Source: Candidatus Multivoradales bacterium (GTDB lineage: Bacteria; Acidobacteriota; Thermoanaerobaculia; Multivoradales; JAHEKO01). Taken from it: 64,000 bases of DNA. The position numbers and the translations under genes are program-made. The stretch lies in NCBI GenBank assembly GCA_965223855.1, contig CBDCXM010000009.1, positions 1,440,001-1,504,000 of the forward strand. The letters run 5' to 3'. Under the pieces are notes generated by a model. The model worked only from the letters and a program-made list of their open reading frames with translations, did not search any database and was not told where the DNA came from. This document shows, piece after piece, positions 9,378 to 18,682 of the stretch (its first letter is position 1; every line of letters begins with the position of its first letter).

Positions 9378-10277
9378 CTAATGAGCGAGGTAGGGGCTCG
9401 AGGGGTGGTTGCTGCCGTGGACCGCTGCGTGGCAGTTCAGGCAGGCGCGGCTGAAATCACGATTGCTCGGTCTTGTGCCGTCGGCGAGCGTCGTGCGGTC
9501 GTAGAGTGTGCCCGGGTGCCGCGTGTTCGAGTGGCACTGCTGGCACAGATACGGCACCGAGGTGCGCTGAAGCTTGAGGTGGTTCGAGCCGTGCGGGGTG
9601 TGGCAGCTCGAGCAGTCCTCACGCACCGGAGGGTGCTCCCACAGGAAGGGGCCGCGCTTCTCGGTGTGGCAGCTGTAGCACTGGTCGTTGACCGAAGCGG
9701 CAGTGATCATCTTGGCGGTCTGGCTGCCGTGCGGGTTGTGGCAGTCGTTGCACCCCATCTGCCCTTCGCGGATCGGATGGTGCGAGGTCTTCCAGGTTTC
9801 CGCCCGCACGTCGGTGTGGCAGGAGAAACACTGCTGGGTCGCGTTGACGGCGTTGAGCTGCTTCGTCTCGGAGACGAAGGAGTGGACGCTGTGACACGTG
9901 AGGCAGGAGAGCCCCCTGGCCTCGTGCCGACCGCCGTCCCAGAAGAACTGGGTGCCGCCGTCGTGGCAGCTCTGGCACACGGCCGTCTGCTCCTCCGCGG
10001 GAAGGGCCAGGATCAGCGGGCGGTTCTCCTCGATCTCGGGGTCTTCGACGTGAAGGCTCCCCGGGCCGTGGCAGGTCTCACAGCCGTGGGCCGACAGCGC
10101 GGCGAAGCCGCTCTGGCCGTGGGCCGTACCGGCGAGTTGCTCCTCGTACCCGTCGTGGCACTCCAGGCAGAGATCGCTTCCCACGTAGGACGGTGAAGCA
10201 GCGGAAGCCGGAGCGGCCGCAAAGAGGGCGGCGAAGCCCGCCGCCAAGAAGAGCAGGTTCCGGATTCTCTCTCTCAC
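9378..10277 (-). CDS. mtrA: DmsE/MtrA/PioA/MtoA family decaheme c-type cytochrome
   Basis: Ten CxxCH motifs (CLECH, CETCH, CQSCH, CLTCH, CFSCH, CNDCH, CYSCH, CSSCH, CQQCH, CLNCH); EKRGPFLWEHPPV; HGSNHPS; signal peptide; GGAGGTG RBS. Confidence 0.93.
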   Translation of the reverse strand: MRERIRNLLFLAAGFAALFAAAPASAASPSYVGSDLCLECHDGYEEQLAGTAHGQSGFAALSAHGCETCHGPGSLHVEDPEIEENRPLILALPAEEQTAVCQSCHDGGTQFFWDGGRHEARGLSCLTCHSVHSFVSETKQLNAVNATQQCFSCHTDVRAETWKTSHHPIREGQMGCNDCHNPHGSQTAKMITAASVNDQCYSCHTEKRGPFLWEHPPVREDCSSCHTPHGSNHLKLQRTSVPYLCQQCHSNTRHPGTLYDRTTLADGTRPSNRDFSRACLNCHAAVHGSNHPSSPYLAH

Positions 10278-10464
10278 AGTGCACCTCCCTCGGCGTCGGC
10301 CCGAAGCGTCGGTGGGAGAGTGGCTCGGAATCCGTTTCGTCCGGAGCCTCGCCGACCGTGCCGGCCTTGGATCGCCATTGCTGATAACCGCACGCTAGCG
10401 AAGGCGTCCGACCGGCCAACGCCCGCCGGGGTGGTTGTGCGACCCGCCCCCACGGGTAGGTAGG

Positions 10465-10497
10465 GCGCCACCCGGTCACCACCCGACCGGGTGGCGC
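10465..10497. promoter_or_regulatory. Perfect 13-bp inverted repeat in the divergent mtrA / cytochrome c intergenic region
   Basis: GCGCCACCCGGTC-accaccc-GACCGGGTGGCGC. Confidence 0.5.
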
Positions 10498-10556
10498 GGG
10501 GGCCCGAGCGGAGTGCTTACCATCGAGCGAAGTTCTTTCGAGGAAGGAGTCCGCAG

Positions 10557-10979
10557 ATGAGCCAGCTGTGCCGAGTCGCGTCGTTGGGTGTCTTGCTCGT
10601 TTCTCTGCCGATCGCCCTGGCGTTCGCGGAGGAGACGGAGGCGGTCGAAGGGGCCGAGATGCCCGAGGTCTTCGGCGAGTACAAGTGCAGCATGTGCCAC
10701 TCGGTGGCGGGTGCCGGAGTCGTGGCGACCACGAAGCTCGAGAAGATGAAGGGGCCCGATCTCGGCGGCTACACCACCGAGGACCGCGGGGCCTTGTTCG
10801 AGTTCCTGACCCGGGCCGTGGAGGTCGACGGCGACAAGCACAACAAGGAATTCAAGGGCACTCGCGAAGAACTCGACGAGATTCTCGACTGGCTGGCCGA
10901 GCAGGAGCCGGAGAACTCGGGGTCGGAAGACCCGGCGTCTGAGGACCCGGCGCCAGGGAACCCGGAGTCGGGCGACTAG
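10557..10979 (+). CDS. Periplasmic monoheme cytochrome c, MtoD-like
   Basis: AAGGAG RBS; signal peptide; CSMCH; KGPDL; candidate distal His in DGDKH; ILDWL C-terminal helix. Confidence 0.8.
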   Translation: MSQLCRVASLGVLLVSLPIALAFAEETEAVEGAEMPEVFGEYKCSMCHSVAGAGVVATTKLEKMKGPDLGGYTTEDRGALFEFLTRAVEVDGDKHNKEFKGTREELDEILDWLAEQEPENSGSEDPASEDPAPGNPESGD

Positions 10980-10987
10980 GAGGCCGC

Positions 10988-11602
10988 ATGGTCGACTCGA
11001 CCGGCATGGTGGGCGTGGCGGTCATCGTCCTCGCCCTCCTGATCGTCTTCTGGCTGAGTCAGCGTTCGGCCGTCGTCCGAGACCGCGCCGGAATGCTGCA
11101 GGCGCTTCTGGGACTCGTCGCGGTGCCGGTGCTGGTTTCGGCGATCGGTACGCGAGTGCATCTGCAGAAGGCGAAGTCGACCGACTTCTGCCTCTCGTGC
11201 CATGAGATGGAGCCCTACGGCCGAACCCTCCACGCCGACGCCGAGTGGCTGCCCGCAGTCCACCTCCAGAACCGTCGGATCCCTTCCGACAAGGCCTGCT
11301 ACGTCTGCCACACGAGTTACACGATGTTCGGCGATCTCGAAGCGAAGATGAAGGGCGTCCGGCATCTCGCGGTCCACTACTTCGGCGAGATTCCGGAGAC
11401 GATCGAGCTCTACGAGCCCTATCGCAATCGGGAGTGTCTCCACTGCCACGGCGGGGCGCGCTACCTCCTGGAAGACGGGATGCACGATGAGCTCCTGCTG
11501 GCCGAGGACGTCGAGGAGGTCTCGTGCCTCGAGTGCCACGACACGGTCCACGAACTCGACGAGCTCGAGGACACGCCGAGCTGGGAGGCCCCCGATGCCT
11601 GA
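10988..11602 (+). CDS. NapC/NirT/CymA family membrane-anchored tetraheme cytochrome c (quinol dehydrogenase-type)
   Basis: AGGAGG RBS; two N-terminal TM segments; STDFCLSCHEM (CxxCHxM), CYVCH, CLHCH, CLECH. Confidence 0.85.
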   Translation: MVDSTGMVGVAVIVLALLIVFWLSQRSAVVRDRAGMLQALLGLVAVPVLVSAIGTRVHLQKAKSTDFCLSCHEMEPYGRTLHADAEWLPAVHLQNRRIPSDKACYVCHTSYTMFGDLEAKMKGVRHLAVHYFGEIPETIELYEPYRNRECLHCHGGARYLLEDGMHDELLLAEDVEEVSCLECHDTVHELDELEDTPSWEAPDA

Positions 11603-11792
11603 TCGGGCGCGCCGCTCGAGGACGCATGCCGGCGGTTGGATCGCAGCGGGCCTGGCGGTGCAGGCCGTCTCCTTCGTGCTGTCGGGGCCCCCTGCCTTCC
11701 TGATCTTCGCTCTGGTCGGCCTGCCGCTCGTTGCCGTCGGGGTGGTTCGCTACCTCTTCTCGTTGCTCGCCGGTCCGCCGGGCGCCGGCTGA
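11595..11792 (+). CDS. Small two-TM membrane protein overlapping the NapC-like gene
   Basis: GGAGG RBS inside the upstream gene; MPDRARR...WIAAGLAVQAVSFVLSGPPAFLIFALVGLPLVAVGVVRYLF. Confidence 0.65.
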   Translation: MPDRARRSRTHAGGWIAAGLAVQAVSFVLSGPPAFLIFALVGLPLVAVGVVRYLFSLLAGPPGAG

Positions 11793-11848
11793 GCGTTGAC
11801 GGGCCGCGAGAGGTCGAGCGTGCCCACGCGCCGGGAGGGACGTCGCCG

Positions 11849-14800
11849 ATGAGCGCAGCGATCGATCCGATCGAAACCGCGATGCTCGACGGCAACGAGG
11901 CTGTCGCCTCGGTCGCCTATCGCAGCAACGAGGTGATCGCGATCTACCCGATCACGCCCGCGTCGCCGATGGGCGAACACTGCGACGCCTGGGCCGTGCA
12001 AGGGCGGACCAACGTCTGGGGCCAGGTGCCGGACGTCGCCGAGATGCAATCGGAGGGGGGCGCTGCAGGCGCCGTTCATGGAGCGCTCCAGGCGGGAGCT
12101 CTGACGACGACCTTCACCGCGTCGCAGGGCCTGCTGCTGATGGTCCCGAACCTGTACAAGATCGCCGGCGAACTCACTCCGTTCGTCCTCCACGTTGCGG
12201 CGCGCACTCTCGCCACGCATGCGCTGTCGATCTTCGGCGACCACTCGGACGTCATGGCGGCCCGTCAGACCGGCTTCGCCATGCTGGCGTCGAACACGCC
12301 GCAGGAGGCGCACGACTTCGCCCTGATCGCACAGGCGGCGACTCTCGCCTCGCGAATCCCGGTGCTGCACTTCTTCGACGGCTTCCGCACTTCCCACGAG
12401 ATCGGCCGGGTCGAGCTGCTCTCGGACGACGACCTGCGCGCGCTGCTGCCGAACGAGCAGATCGCCGCGCATCGCGAGCGTGCGCTCACCCCGGACCGGC
12501 CGGTGCTGCGCGGCACCGCGCAGAACCCGGACGCCTTCTTCCAGGCACGCGAGGCGTGCAACCCGTTCCACGACGCCTGCCCGGCGATCGTTCAGGCGAC
12601 GATGGATCGCTTCGCCGAGCGCACAGGCCGCAGGTATCGACTGTTCGACTACTACGGCGACCCGGAAGCGGAGCAGGTGGTGGTGCTCATGGGCTCGGGC
12701 GTCGAGACGGTGCGCGAGACGATCGACTGGCTCGGCGCCGGTGGCCGCAGGGTCGGAGTCCTCGCGGTGCGGCTCTACCGGCCCTTCGACCAGGCGGCCC
12801 TGGTGGCTGCGCTGCCGAAGTCGGTGCGTCGGATCGCCGTTCTCGACCGGACGAAGGAGCCGGGTGCCCAGGGCGATCCGCTCTACCTCGACGTCGCTAC
12901 GGCACTCGGAGACGAGCGCCGCGAGAGCGGCTTCGATCCGCTGGTCGTCGCCGGTCGGTACGGTCTGTCGTCGAAGGAGTTCGACCCCGCGTGCGTGAAG
13001 GCGGTCTTCGACCAGCTCGAAGCCGAGACGCCGCGCCACAAGTTCACCGTCGGCATCGTCGACGACGTCACCCACCGGTCGCTGCCGGTCGAGCGACCCC
13101 TCGACATCGAGCCGGAGGGTCGAACCCGGGCCGTCTTCTTCGGCCTCGGCTCGGACGGCACGGTCAGCGCCAACAAGAACTCGATCAGGATCATCGGCGA
13201 GTCGACCGACCTGCACGCCCAGGGCTATTTCGTCTACGACTCCAAGAAGGCGGGCGCCGTGACGGTGTCGCACCTGCGCTTCGGGGATGAGCCGATCCAT
13301 TCGACCTACCTGGTGCAGCAGGCCGATTTCGTCGGCTGCCACCAGTTCGACTTCCTCGAACGCCTCGATGTTCTCGAGACGGCTCGCCCCGGTGCGGTGT
13401 TCCTGCTGAACTCTCCCTGTCCTGCCGAGCGGGTGTGGGACCGCCTGCCAAGAGAGGTGCAGGAGACGGTCCTCGACCGGCAGCTCGCGGTCCACGTGAT
13501 CGACGCCTACGCCGTGGCCAAGCAGGCGGGGCTCGGCGTGCGCATCAACACCATCATGCAGACCTGCTTCTTCGCCCTCTCCGGGGTGCTGCCGCAGGAG
13601 CAGGCGATCGCCTCGATCAAGAAAGCGATCGACGGGAGCTACGGCAAGAGAGGTCCTGTGCTGGTGGAGAAGAACCATCGGGCGGTCGACATGGCGCTCG
13701 CCCACCTGCACACGCTGGAGACGCCGGCGCAGGTCACGGCACGGCATGGGCGGCCGCCGATCGTCCCGGCCGCGGCGCCGGATTTCGTGCAACGGGTGAC
13801 CAGCGTGCTGCTGGCGCAGAAGGGCGACCTGCTGCCGGTGAGCGCGTTTCCACCCGACGGCACGTTCGCGACCGGCACGTCGCAGTGGGAGAAGCGGGCG
13901 ATCGCCACCGAGATCCCGCTGTGGGACTCGGACGTCTGCATCCAGTGCAACCAGTGCACGCTCGTGTGTCCACACGCCGCGATCCGCGCCAAGGTCTACG
14001 ACCGCGACGAGCTGGCAGGTGCGCCCGACGGCTTCCGCTCGACCGAGTATCGGGCACCGGATCTGCGGGGGCTCGAGTACACGCTGCAGGTCGCGCCGGA
14101 GGATTGCACCGGCTGTCATCTGTGCGTCGAGGTCTGTCCGGCGAGGGACAAGGCGCATCCGCGTCGCAAGGCGATCAACATGGAGCCGCTGGCCCCGGTT
14201 CGTGAGAGCGAGAGCGAGGCGTACGCCTTCTTTCTGGACCTTCCCGAGATCGATCGCGACCGGATCGCGCGCCTCGACGCGAAGGGCTCGCAGTTCTTCC
14301 AGCCGCTCTTCGAGTACTCCGGCGCCTGTGCCGGCTGCGGCGAGACCCCGTACCTCAAACTGCTGACCCAGCTCTTCGGTGACCGGCTGCTGATCGCCAA
14401 CGCCACCGGGTGCTCTTCGATCTACGGTGGCAACCTGCCGACGACGCCCTACACGACGAATGTCGACGGTCGCGGGCCGGCCTGGTCGAACTCGCTCTTC
14501 GAGGACAACGCCGAGTTCGGCTTCGGCATGCGGCTGGCCCTGGAGGTTCTCGAGCACCGTGCTCGAGATCTGTTGCGGCGCCTGACAGGTCCCGAAGGCC
14601 CGGTCGAGCCGGTGCTGACCGGGAAGTTGCTCGCCCCCGTCGAGCGCACCGATCGGGGGATCGCGCTGCAGCGAGCACACGTCACTCAGCTCAGACACGA
14701 GCTCGAAGCGATCGAGCACCCCGACGCACGCGAACTCGATGCCCTCGCGGACGCTCTCGTGCCGAAGAGCGTCTGGCTGGTCGGTGGAGACGGTTGGGCC

Positions 14801-15454
14801 TACGACATCGGCTACGGCGGGCTCGACCACGTGCTCGCCAGCCGTCGGAACGTCAACGTCCTGGTGCTCGACACCGAGGTGTACTCCAACACCGGCGGCC
14901 AGCAATCGAAGGCGACACCGCTCGGTGCAGCCGCCAAGTTCGCGTCGGCGGGCAAGGAGGTGGGGAAGAAGGACCTCGGGATGGAGATGATGAGCTACGG
15001 CCACGTCTACGTCGCCCAGATCGCCTTCGGCGCCAGCATGAATCAGACCGTGCAGACCCTTCTGGAGGCGGAGGCTCACGACGGGCCGTCGCTCGTGATC
15101 GCCTTCAGCCCGTGCATCGCCCACGGCTACGACCTGTCGCAGAACGTGGCGCAGCAGAAGCGCATGGTCGAGAGCGGGATCTGGCCGCTCTATCGTTTCG
15201 ATCCGCGACGCAGTGCTGCGGGCGAGCCGCCGCTGGCGCTCGACAGCCGCCCTCCGCGACTCGACGTGGAGAGGGTGCTCGAGGTCGAGACCCGCTATCG
15301 GATGGTCGAGAAGGTCGATCCCGATCGCTACCGCCGCCTGGTCCGGGAACGGCGGCGCGAGGTCGAGGAGCGGTTTTCGATCTACCGGCAGCTCGCCGGG
15401 ATCCGAATCGACGGCGACGGCGTCCCGGAGCGAAGGCCGGGTAGGGAGTCTTGA
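11849..15454 (+). CDS. nifJ: Pyruvate:ferredoxin (flavodoxin) oxidoreductase
   Basis: DGNEAVA; YPITPASPM; EMQSEGGAAG; two ferredoxin motifs (CIQCNQCTLVCP, CTGCHLCVEVCP); GACAGCGE; GGDGWAYDIG; EVYSNTGGQ. Confidence 0.96.
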   Translation: MSAAIDPIETAMLDGNEAVASVAYRSNEVIAIYPITPASPMGEHCDAWAVQGRTNVWGQVPDVAEMQSEGGAAGAVHGALQAGALTTTFTASQGLLLMVPNLYKIAGELTPFVLHVAARTLATHALSIFGDHSDVMAARQTGFAMLASNTPQEAHDFALIAQAATLASRIPVLHFFDGFRTSHEIGRVELLSDDDLRALLPNEQIAAHRERALTPDRPVLRGTAQNPDAFFQAREACNPFHDACPAIVQATMDRFAERTGRRYRLFDYYGDPEAEQVVVLMGSGVETVRETIDWLGAGGRRVGVLAVRLYRPFDQAALVAALPKSVRRIAVLDRTKEPGAQGDPLYLDVATALGDERRESGFDPLVVAGRYGLSSKEFDPACVKAVFDQLEAETPRHKFTVGIVDDVTHRSLPVERPLDIEPEGRTRAVFFGLGSDGTVSANKNSIRIIGESTDLHAQGYFVYDSKKAGAVTVSHLRFGDEPIHSTYLVQQADFVGCHQFDFLERLDVLETARPGAVFLLNSPCPAERVWDRLPREVQETVLDRQLAVHVIDAYAVAKQAGLGVRINTIMQTCFFALSGVLPQEQAIASIKKAIDGSYGKRGPVLVEKNHRAVDMALAHLHTLETPAQVTARHGRPPIVPAAAPDFVQRVTSVLLAQKGDLLPVSAFPPDGTFATGTSQWEKRAIATEIPLWDSDVCIQCNQCTLVCPHAAIRAKVYDRDELAGAPDGFRSTEYRAPDLRGLEYTLQVAPEDCTGCHLCVEVCPARDKAHPRRKAINMEPLAPVRESESEAYAFFLDLPEIDRDRIARLDAKGSQFFQPLFEYSGACAGCGETPYLKLLTQLFGDRLLIANATGCSSIYGGNLPTTPYTTNVDGRGPAWSNSLFEDNAEFGFGMRLALEVLEHRARDLLRRLTGPEGPVEPVLTGKLLAPVERTDRGIALQRAHVTQLRHELEAIEHPDARELDALADALVPKSVWLVGGDGWAYDIGYGGLDHVLASRRNVNVLVLDTEVYSNTGGQQSKATPLGAAAKFASAGKEVGKKDLGMEMMSYGHVYVAQIAFGASMNQTVQTLLEAEAHDGPSLVIAFSPCIAHGYDLSQNVAQQKRMVESGIWPLYRFDPRRSAAGEPPLALDSRPPRLDVERVLEVETRYRMVEKVDPDRYRRLVRERRREVEERFSIYRQLAGIRIDGDGVPERRPGRES

Positions 15455-15456
15455 GC

Positions 15457-16458
15457 ATGGACCTGACCACCCGTTACATGGGCCTCGACCTGGCCCACCC
15501 GATCCTGCCGGGAGCCGGGCCGCTCGCCGACGACGTCGACTCGGCGCGGGCTCTCGAGGACGCAGGGGCGGCCGCCATCGTCCTGCGCTCGCTCTTCGAG
15601 GAGCAGCTCGAGGCGGAGCAGATGGCCACGGTCGGTCACTACCAGCAGATCACCGACGCCTTCGCCGAGACGAACTCCTATCTGCCGGCCCGTGAGGAGT
15701 TCGTGCTCGGCCCGGACGAGTACCTGAATCACCTCCTCGAGGTTCGCGAGGCGGTCGACCTGCCCGTGATCGCCTCGCTCAACGGCACCGTGGGCGGCTA
15801 CTGGCTCGAGTACGCCCAGCTCATCGAGGGCGCCGGAGCGGCCGCTCTCGAGCTCAATGTCTTCGACATCGAGACCGATCCGCGGACCACCGGCGCGGAA
15901 CTCGAGGAGCGTCTGCTGCAGATGGTGCGACGGCTCGCCGCCGAGCTCGAGATCCCGTTCGCGGTCAAGCTCTCTCCCTTCTACTCGGCGATCCTCAACC
16001 TGGCTTCAGAGATCCATCAGCAAGGCGCTGCGGGCGTCGTGCTCTTCAACCGCTTCTTCCAGGCCGATCTGGATCTGGACGCTCTCGAAGTCGAGCGCCG
16101 CCTCCAGCTCTCGACGCCCGCCGAGCTGCCACTGAGACTGAGGTGGCTCGCGATTCTCTCGGGGGCCCTCGACGGCCCCCCCTCGCTGGCAGCGACCGGT
16201 GGCGTTCACACGGCCGAGGACGTCGTCAAGGCGCTCGCCTGCGGCGCTGACGTCGTGCAGGTCGTGTCGCGCCTTCTTCGCGACGGTCCGAGTGCGCTGC
16301 TCGAGCTGCGTCGCGGATTGGAACGATGGCTCGAGGAGTACGAGTACGAGTCGCTCGACCAGCTGCGCGGATCGATGAACCTCGCTCGCTGTCCAGATCC
16401 CGGGATGTACGAGCGGGCGAACTACATCCACCTGCTGCAGGGCTATCGGTGGAGTTGA
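15457..16458 (+). CDS. Dihydroorotate dehydrogenase-like flavoprotein (nifJ-associated type)
   Basis: MDLTTRYMGLDLAHPI; SLFEEQ; PVIASLNG; AVKLSPFYS; VLFNRFFQ; ATGGVH; YERANY; 2 nt after the nifJ stop. Confidence 0.9.
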   Translation: MDLTTRYMGLDLAHPILPGAGPLADDVDSARALEDAGAAAIVLRSLFEEQLEAEQMATVGHYQQITDAFAETNSYLPAREEFVLGPDEYLNHLLEVREAVDLPVIASLNGTVGGYWLEYAQLIEGAGAAALELNVFDIETDPRTTGAELEERLLQMVRRLAAELEIPFAVKLSPFYSAILNLASEIHQQGAAGVVLFNRFFQADLDLDALEVERRLQLSTPAELPLRLRWLAILSGALDGPPSLAATGGVHTAEDVVKALACGADVVQVVSRLLRDGPSALLELRRGLERWLEEYEYESLDQLRGSMNLARCPDPGMYERANYIHLLQGYRWS

Positions 16459-16478
16459 TCGGTTTCGGCGGAGACGAC

Positions 16479-16928
16479 CTATCGGTACCCGTGCTCTCGA
16501 AGGAATCGGGAGACGGCTTCGTGGTTCTCGCCGTAGGCCAGCCATACCGCGGCGCACCAGCGGTCGAGTTCCCGATCGCGATCGCTTCCCGGTGAGGCTG
16601 CGACCACGTCGATGGCGGTGACGTCGCCGCGATCTTCCGGCAGCACGAGCTCAGGCCATCGGAGTCTGCGCCGTCCCTCGTTCTTCCGCCCCAACGCCAT
16701 GTGGGCGCGCTGAACCTGGCGTCCGCTCCAGCCGCGATCGACGTGGAGCAGCAGGCCGACCAGGGCGAAGGTGATGCCGATCGGCCTCGTCGTGGCGTCG
16801 GCGTGCTGAGCGGTCCAGGCGTCCACCGCATGCTGGTGCACGAAGTCCGGGCCGGCGTGCGACCAGGTGTAGGCGGTGAGCTCGTCGTAGGCCGCCTGCT
16901 CTGCGGCCGGGATGGTGGTCGTCGGCAC
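16479..16928 (-). CDS. DUF5946-like protein
   Basis: FVHQHAVDAWTAQH...ITFALVGLLLHV...VQRAH...WCAAVW. Confidence 0.65.
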   Translation of the reverse strand: MPTTTIPAAEQAAYDELTAYTWSHAGPDFVHQHAVDAWTAQHADATTRPIGITFALVGLLLHVDRGWSGRQVQRAHMALGRKNEGRRRLRWPELVLPEDRGDVTAIDVVAASPGSDRDRELDRWCAAVWLAYGENHEAVSRFLREHGYR

Positions 16929-17008
16929 TATCGCTCGATGGTGTCACGCGGCGTCGGGTCGACGAGCCGGCAGCGGTTCGGCAGCGAGGCGGTGCGATAC
17001 TCCTGCGC

Positions 17009-18643
17009 GTGAGGAATCGCCTCGGAGCCGCGAGCGTGGTCGCCGGTCGGCCCTCGACGAGGGTCGGTCTGGTGCTGCTCGCCGCCGTCGTGCTCTCTGT
17101 GCCGGTGCTCCTCGCCGCGGGCTCGCAGACCGCCTCAGCCGCCGACGAGGGGCAACGGATGCGCTTCGCCGCGGTCGCCTCGGCCACCGACTACATGCAC
17201 ATCGGAGCCGCGCTCGCCTTCGCGCTGCTCCATCTGTTGCTCTTCGCGTTCTACCGGCGGGAGCGCGGCAATCTCTACTTCGCCGTCTTCGCGCTCGCCT
17301 ACGCCGGGATGACCTGGGGCGGCTATCAGCTCGACCATCCCGAGCCGGATCCGAATGTCCCGAGACTGGTCGCCCTGCTGCGGTTCACCTTCACCTGCGG
17401 CATCGTGCAGGCGTTCACCCTTCAGCGCTTCGCCCACGTCGAGTTCCTCGAGCGCACACCGCGGCTCTTTCACGTGCTTCTGCTCTGGGGCGCAGGCGTC
17501 ATCCTCTGGGTCTGGACCGTCCCCGCGGAGAGCCTGCGGATTCAGCCGGTGATGTACCTGGCGATCGCGACTACTGCCGAGCTGATGCGCACCGTCATCC
17601 TGGCTGCGCGCGGGCCGCGACGCCCCTCGGCGTGGCTGATCTACGTCGGCCTGGCGGCTCTCGCCTTGGCCGGTCTGGTCCAGAGTCTGCTGGCGCTGGG
17701 CGTCTTCGGCGCCTTCCAGCAGCGGGTCTACGCCTATGGCGTGCTGTTCTTCATGCTGGCGATCTCGATCTATCTGTCGCGCCGCTTCGCCACGATCGCC
17801 CTCGAGCTGGAGCATCAGCTGGAGGAGGTGCAGCGGCTGTCGGTCGTCACCCTGGAACAGGAGCGCGAAGCGCGTCGCCGGGAGGTCGAGAGCAGACTGC
17901 TGGAGGCGGAGAACGACCGGCGCGCCCACGAGCTCGAGGAGGCCCGGCGGCTGCAGCTCTCGATGGTGCCCTCCGAGCCGCCGGCCGTGCCCGGGCTCGA
18001 GATCGCGGTTGCGATGGAGACCGCCACCGAGGTCGGCGGCGACTACTACGACTTCCGGGTGGCGGAGGACGGGGCGCTCACTCTCGCCGTCGGCGATGCC
18101 ACCGGTCACGGCCTCAACGCCGGCCTGGTCGTCGCCTCCACCAAGAGCCTCTTCCAGGGGCTTGATGCCGGACGTTCGCTGCCCGAGTCGATGGAGCGGA
18201 TCGATCGCGGACTGCGTGGAATGCGACTGAAGCGACTGGCGATGAGCCTCGTGCTCGCGCGCTACCGCGAGGGCCGGCTGGAGGTTGCGGCGGCGGGGAT
18301 GCCTCCGCTCCTCGTCTATCGTCGGCGGGAACGCCGAGTGGAGGAATGTCTCCTCGCGGCACCGCCGCTCGGCACGCTCAAGGCCCGTACTTTCGAGTCC
18401 CACGAGCTGCAGGTGGGGGAGGGAGACGCCGTGCTCCTCGCCACCGACGGCCTGGTCGAGTTGCTCGACCCCGAGGACCGGGAATTGGGCTACGAGGAGG
18501 CGGCGAGCACCTTCTCTCGTGTCGGCGCCGCGAGCGCCGGCGACGCCGTGGCCGGTCTTCTCGAGCGTGTCGGCGCTTGGGCCTCCGGTCGGCCGCTCGA
18601 GGACGACCTGACCCTGATGGTGTTGCGCCGGCAGGTGAGGTGA
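17009..18643 (+). CDS. Membrane-bound PP2C/SpoIIE (RsbU-like) serine phosphatase with multi-TM sensor region
   Basis: ELEEARRLQLSM; EVGGDYYDF; VGDATGHG; AAGMPP; LATDGLVE; EDDLTL. Confidence 0.9.
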   Translation: MRNRLGAASVVAGRPSTRVGLVLLAAVVLSVPVLLAAGSQTASAADEGQRMRFAAVASATDYMHIGAALAFALLHLLLFAFYRRERGNLYFAVFALAYAGMTWGGYQLDHPEPDPNVPRLVALLRFTFTCGIVQAFTLQRFAHVEFLERTPRLFHVLLLWGAGVILWVWTVPAESLRIQPVMYLAIATTAELMRTVILAARGPRRPSAWLIYVGLAALALAGLVQSLLALGVFGAFQQRVYAYGVLFFMLAISIYLSRRFATIALELEHQLEEVQRLSVVTLEQEREARRREVESRLLEAENDRRAHELEEARRLQLSMVPSEPPAVPGLEIAVAMETATEVGGDYYDFRVAEDGALTLAVGDATGHGLNAGLVVASTKSLFQGLDAGRSLPESMERIDRGLRGMRLKRLAMSLVLARYREGRLEVAAAGMPPLLVYRRRERRVEECLLAAPPLGTLKARTFESHELQVGEGDAVLLATDGLVELLDPEDRELGYEEAASTFSRVGAASAGDAVAGLLERVGAWASGRPLEDDLTLMVLRRQVR

Positions 18644-18682
18644 CGACGGCCCGCCGGAGCACGGCGGCGTGAGAGGTTCAGG

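Noticed and set aside
11750-15124. 1124-aa antisense ORF and similar long shadow ORFs (e.g. 7284-8969, 24371-25990, 43409-46474, 58952-60982)
   Set aside because: They mirror well-supported genes, which is expected in high-GC DNA with few off-frame stops; no recognisable motifs
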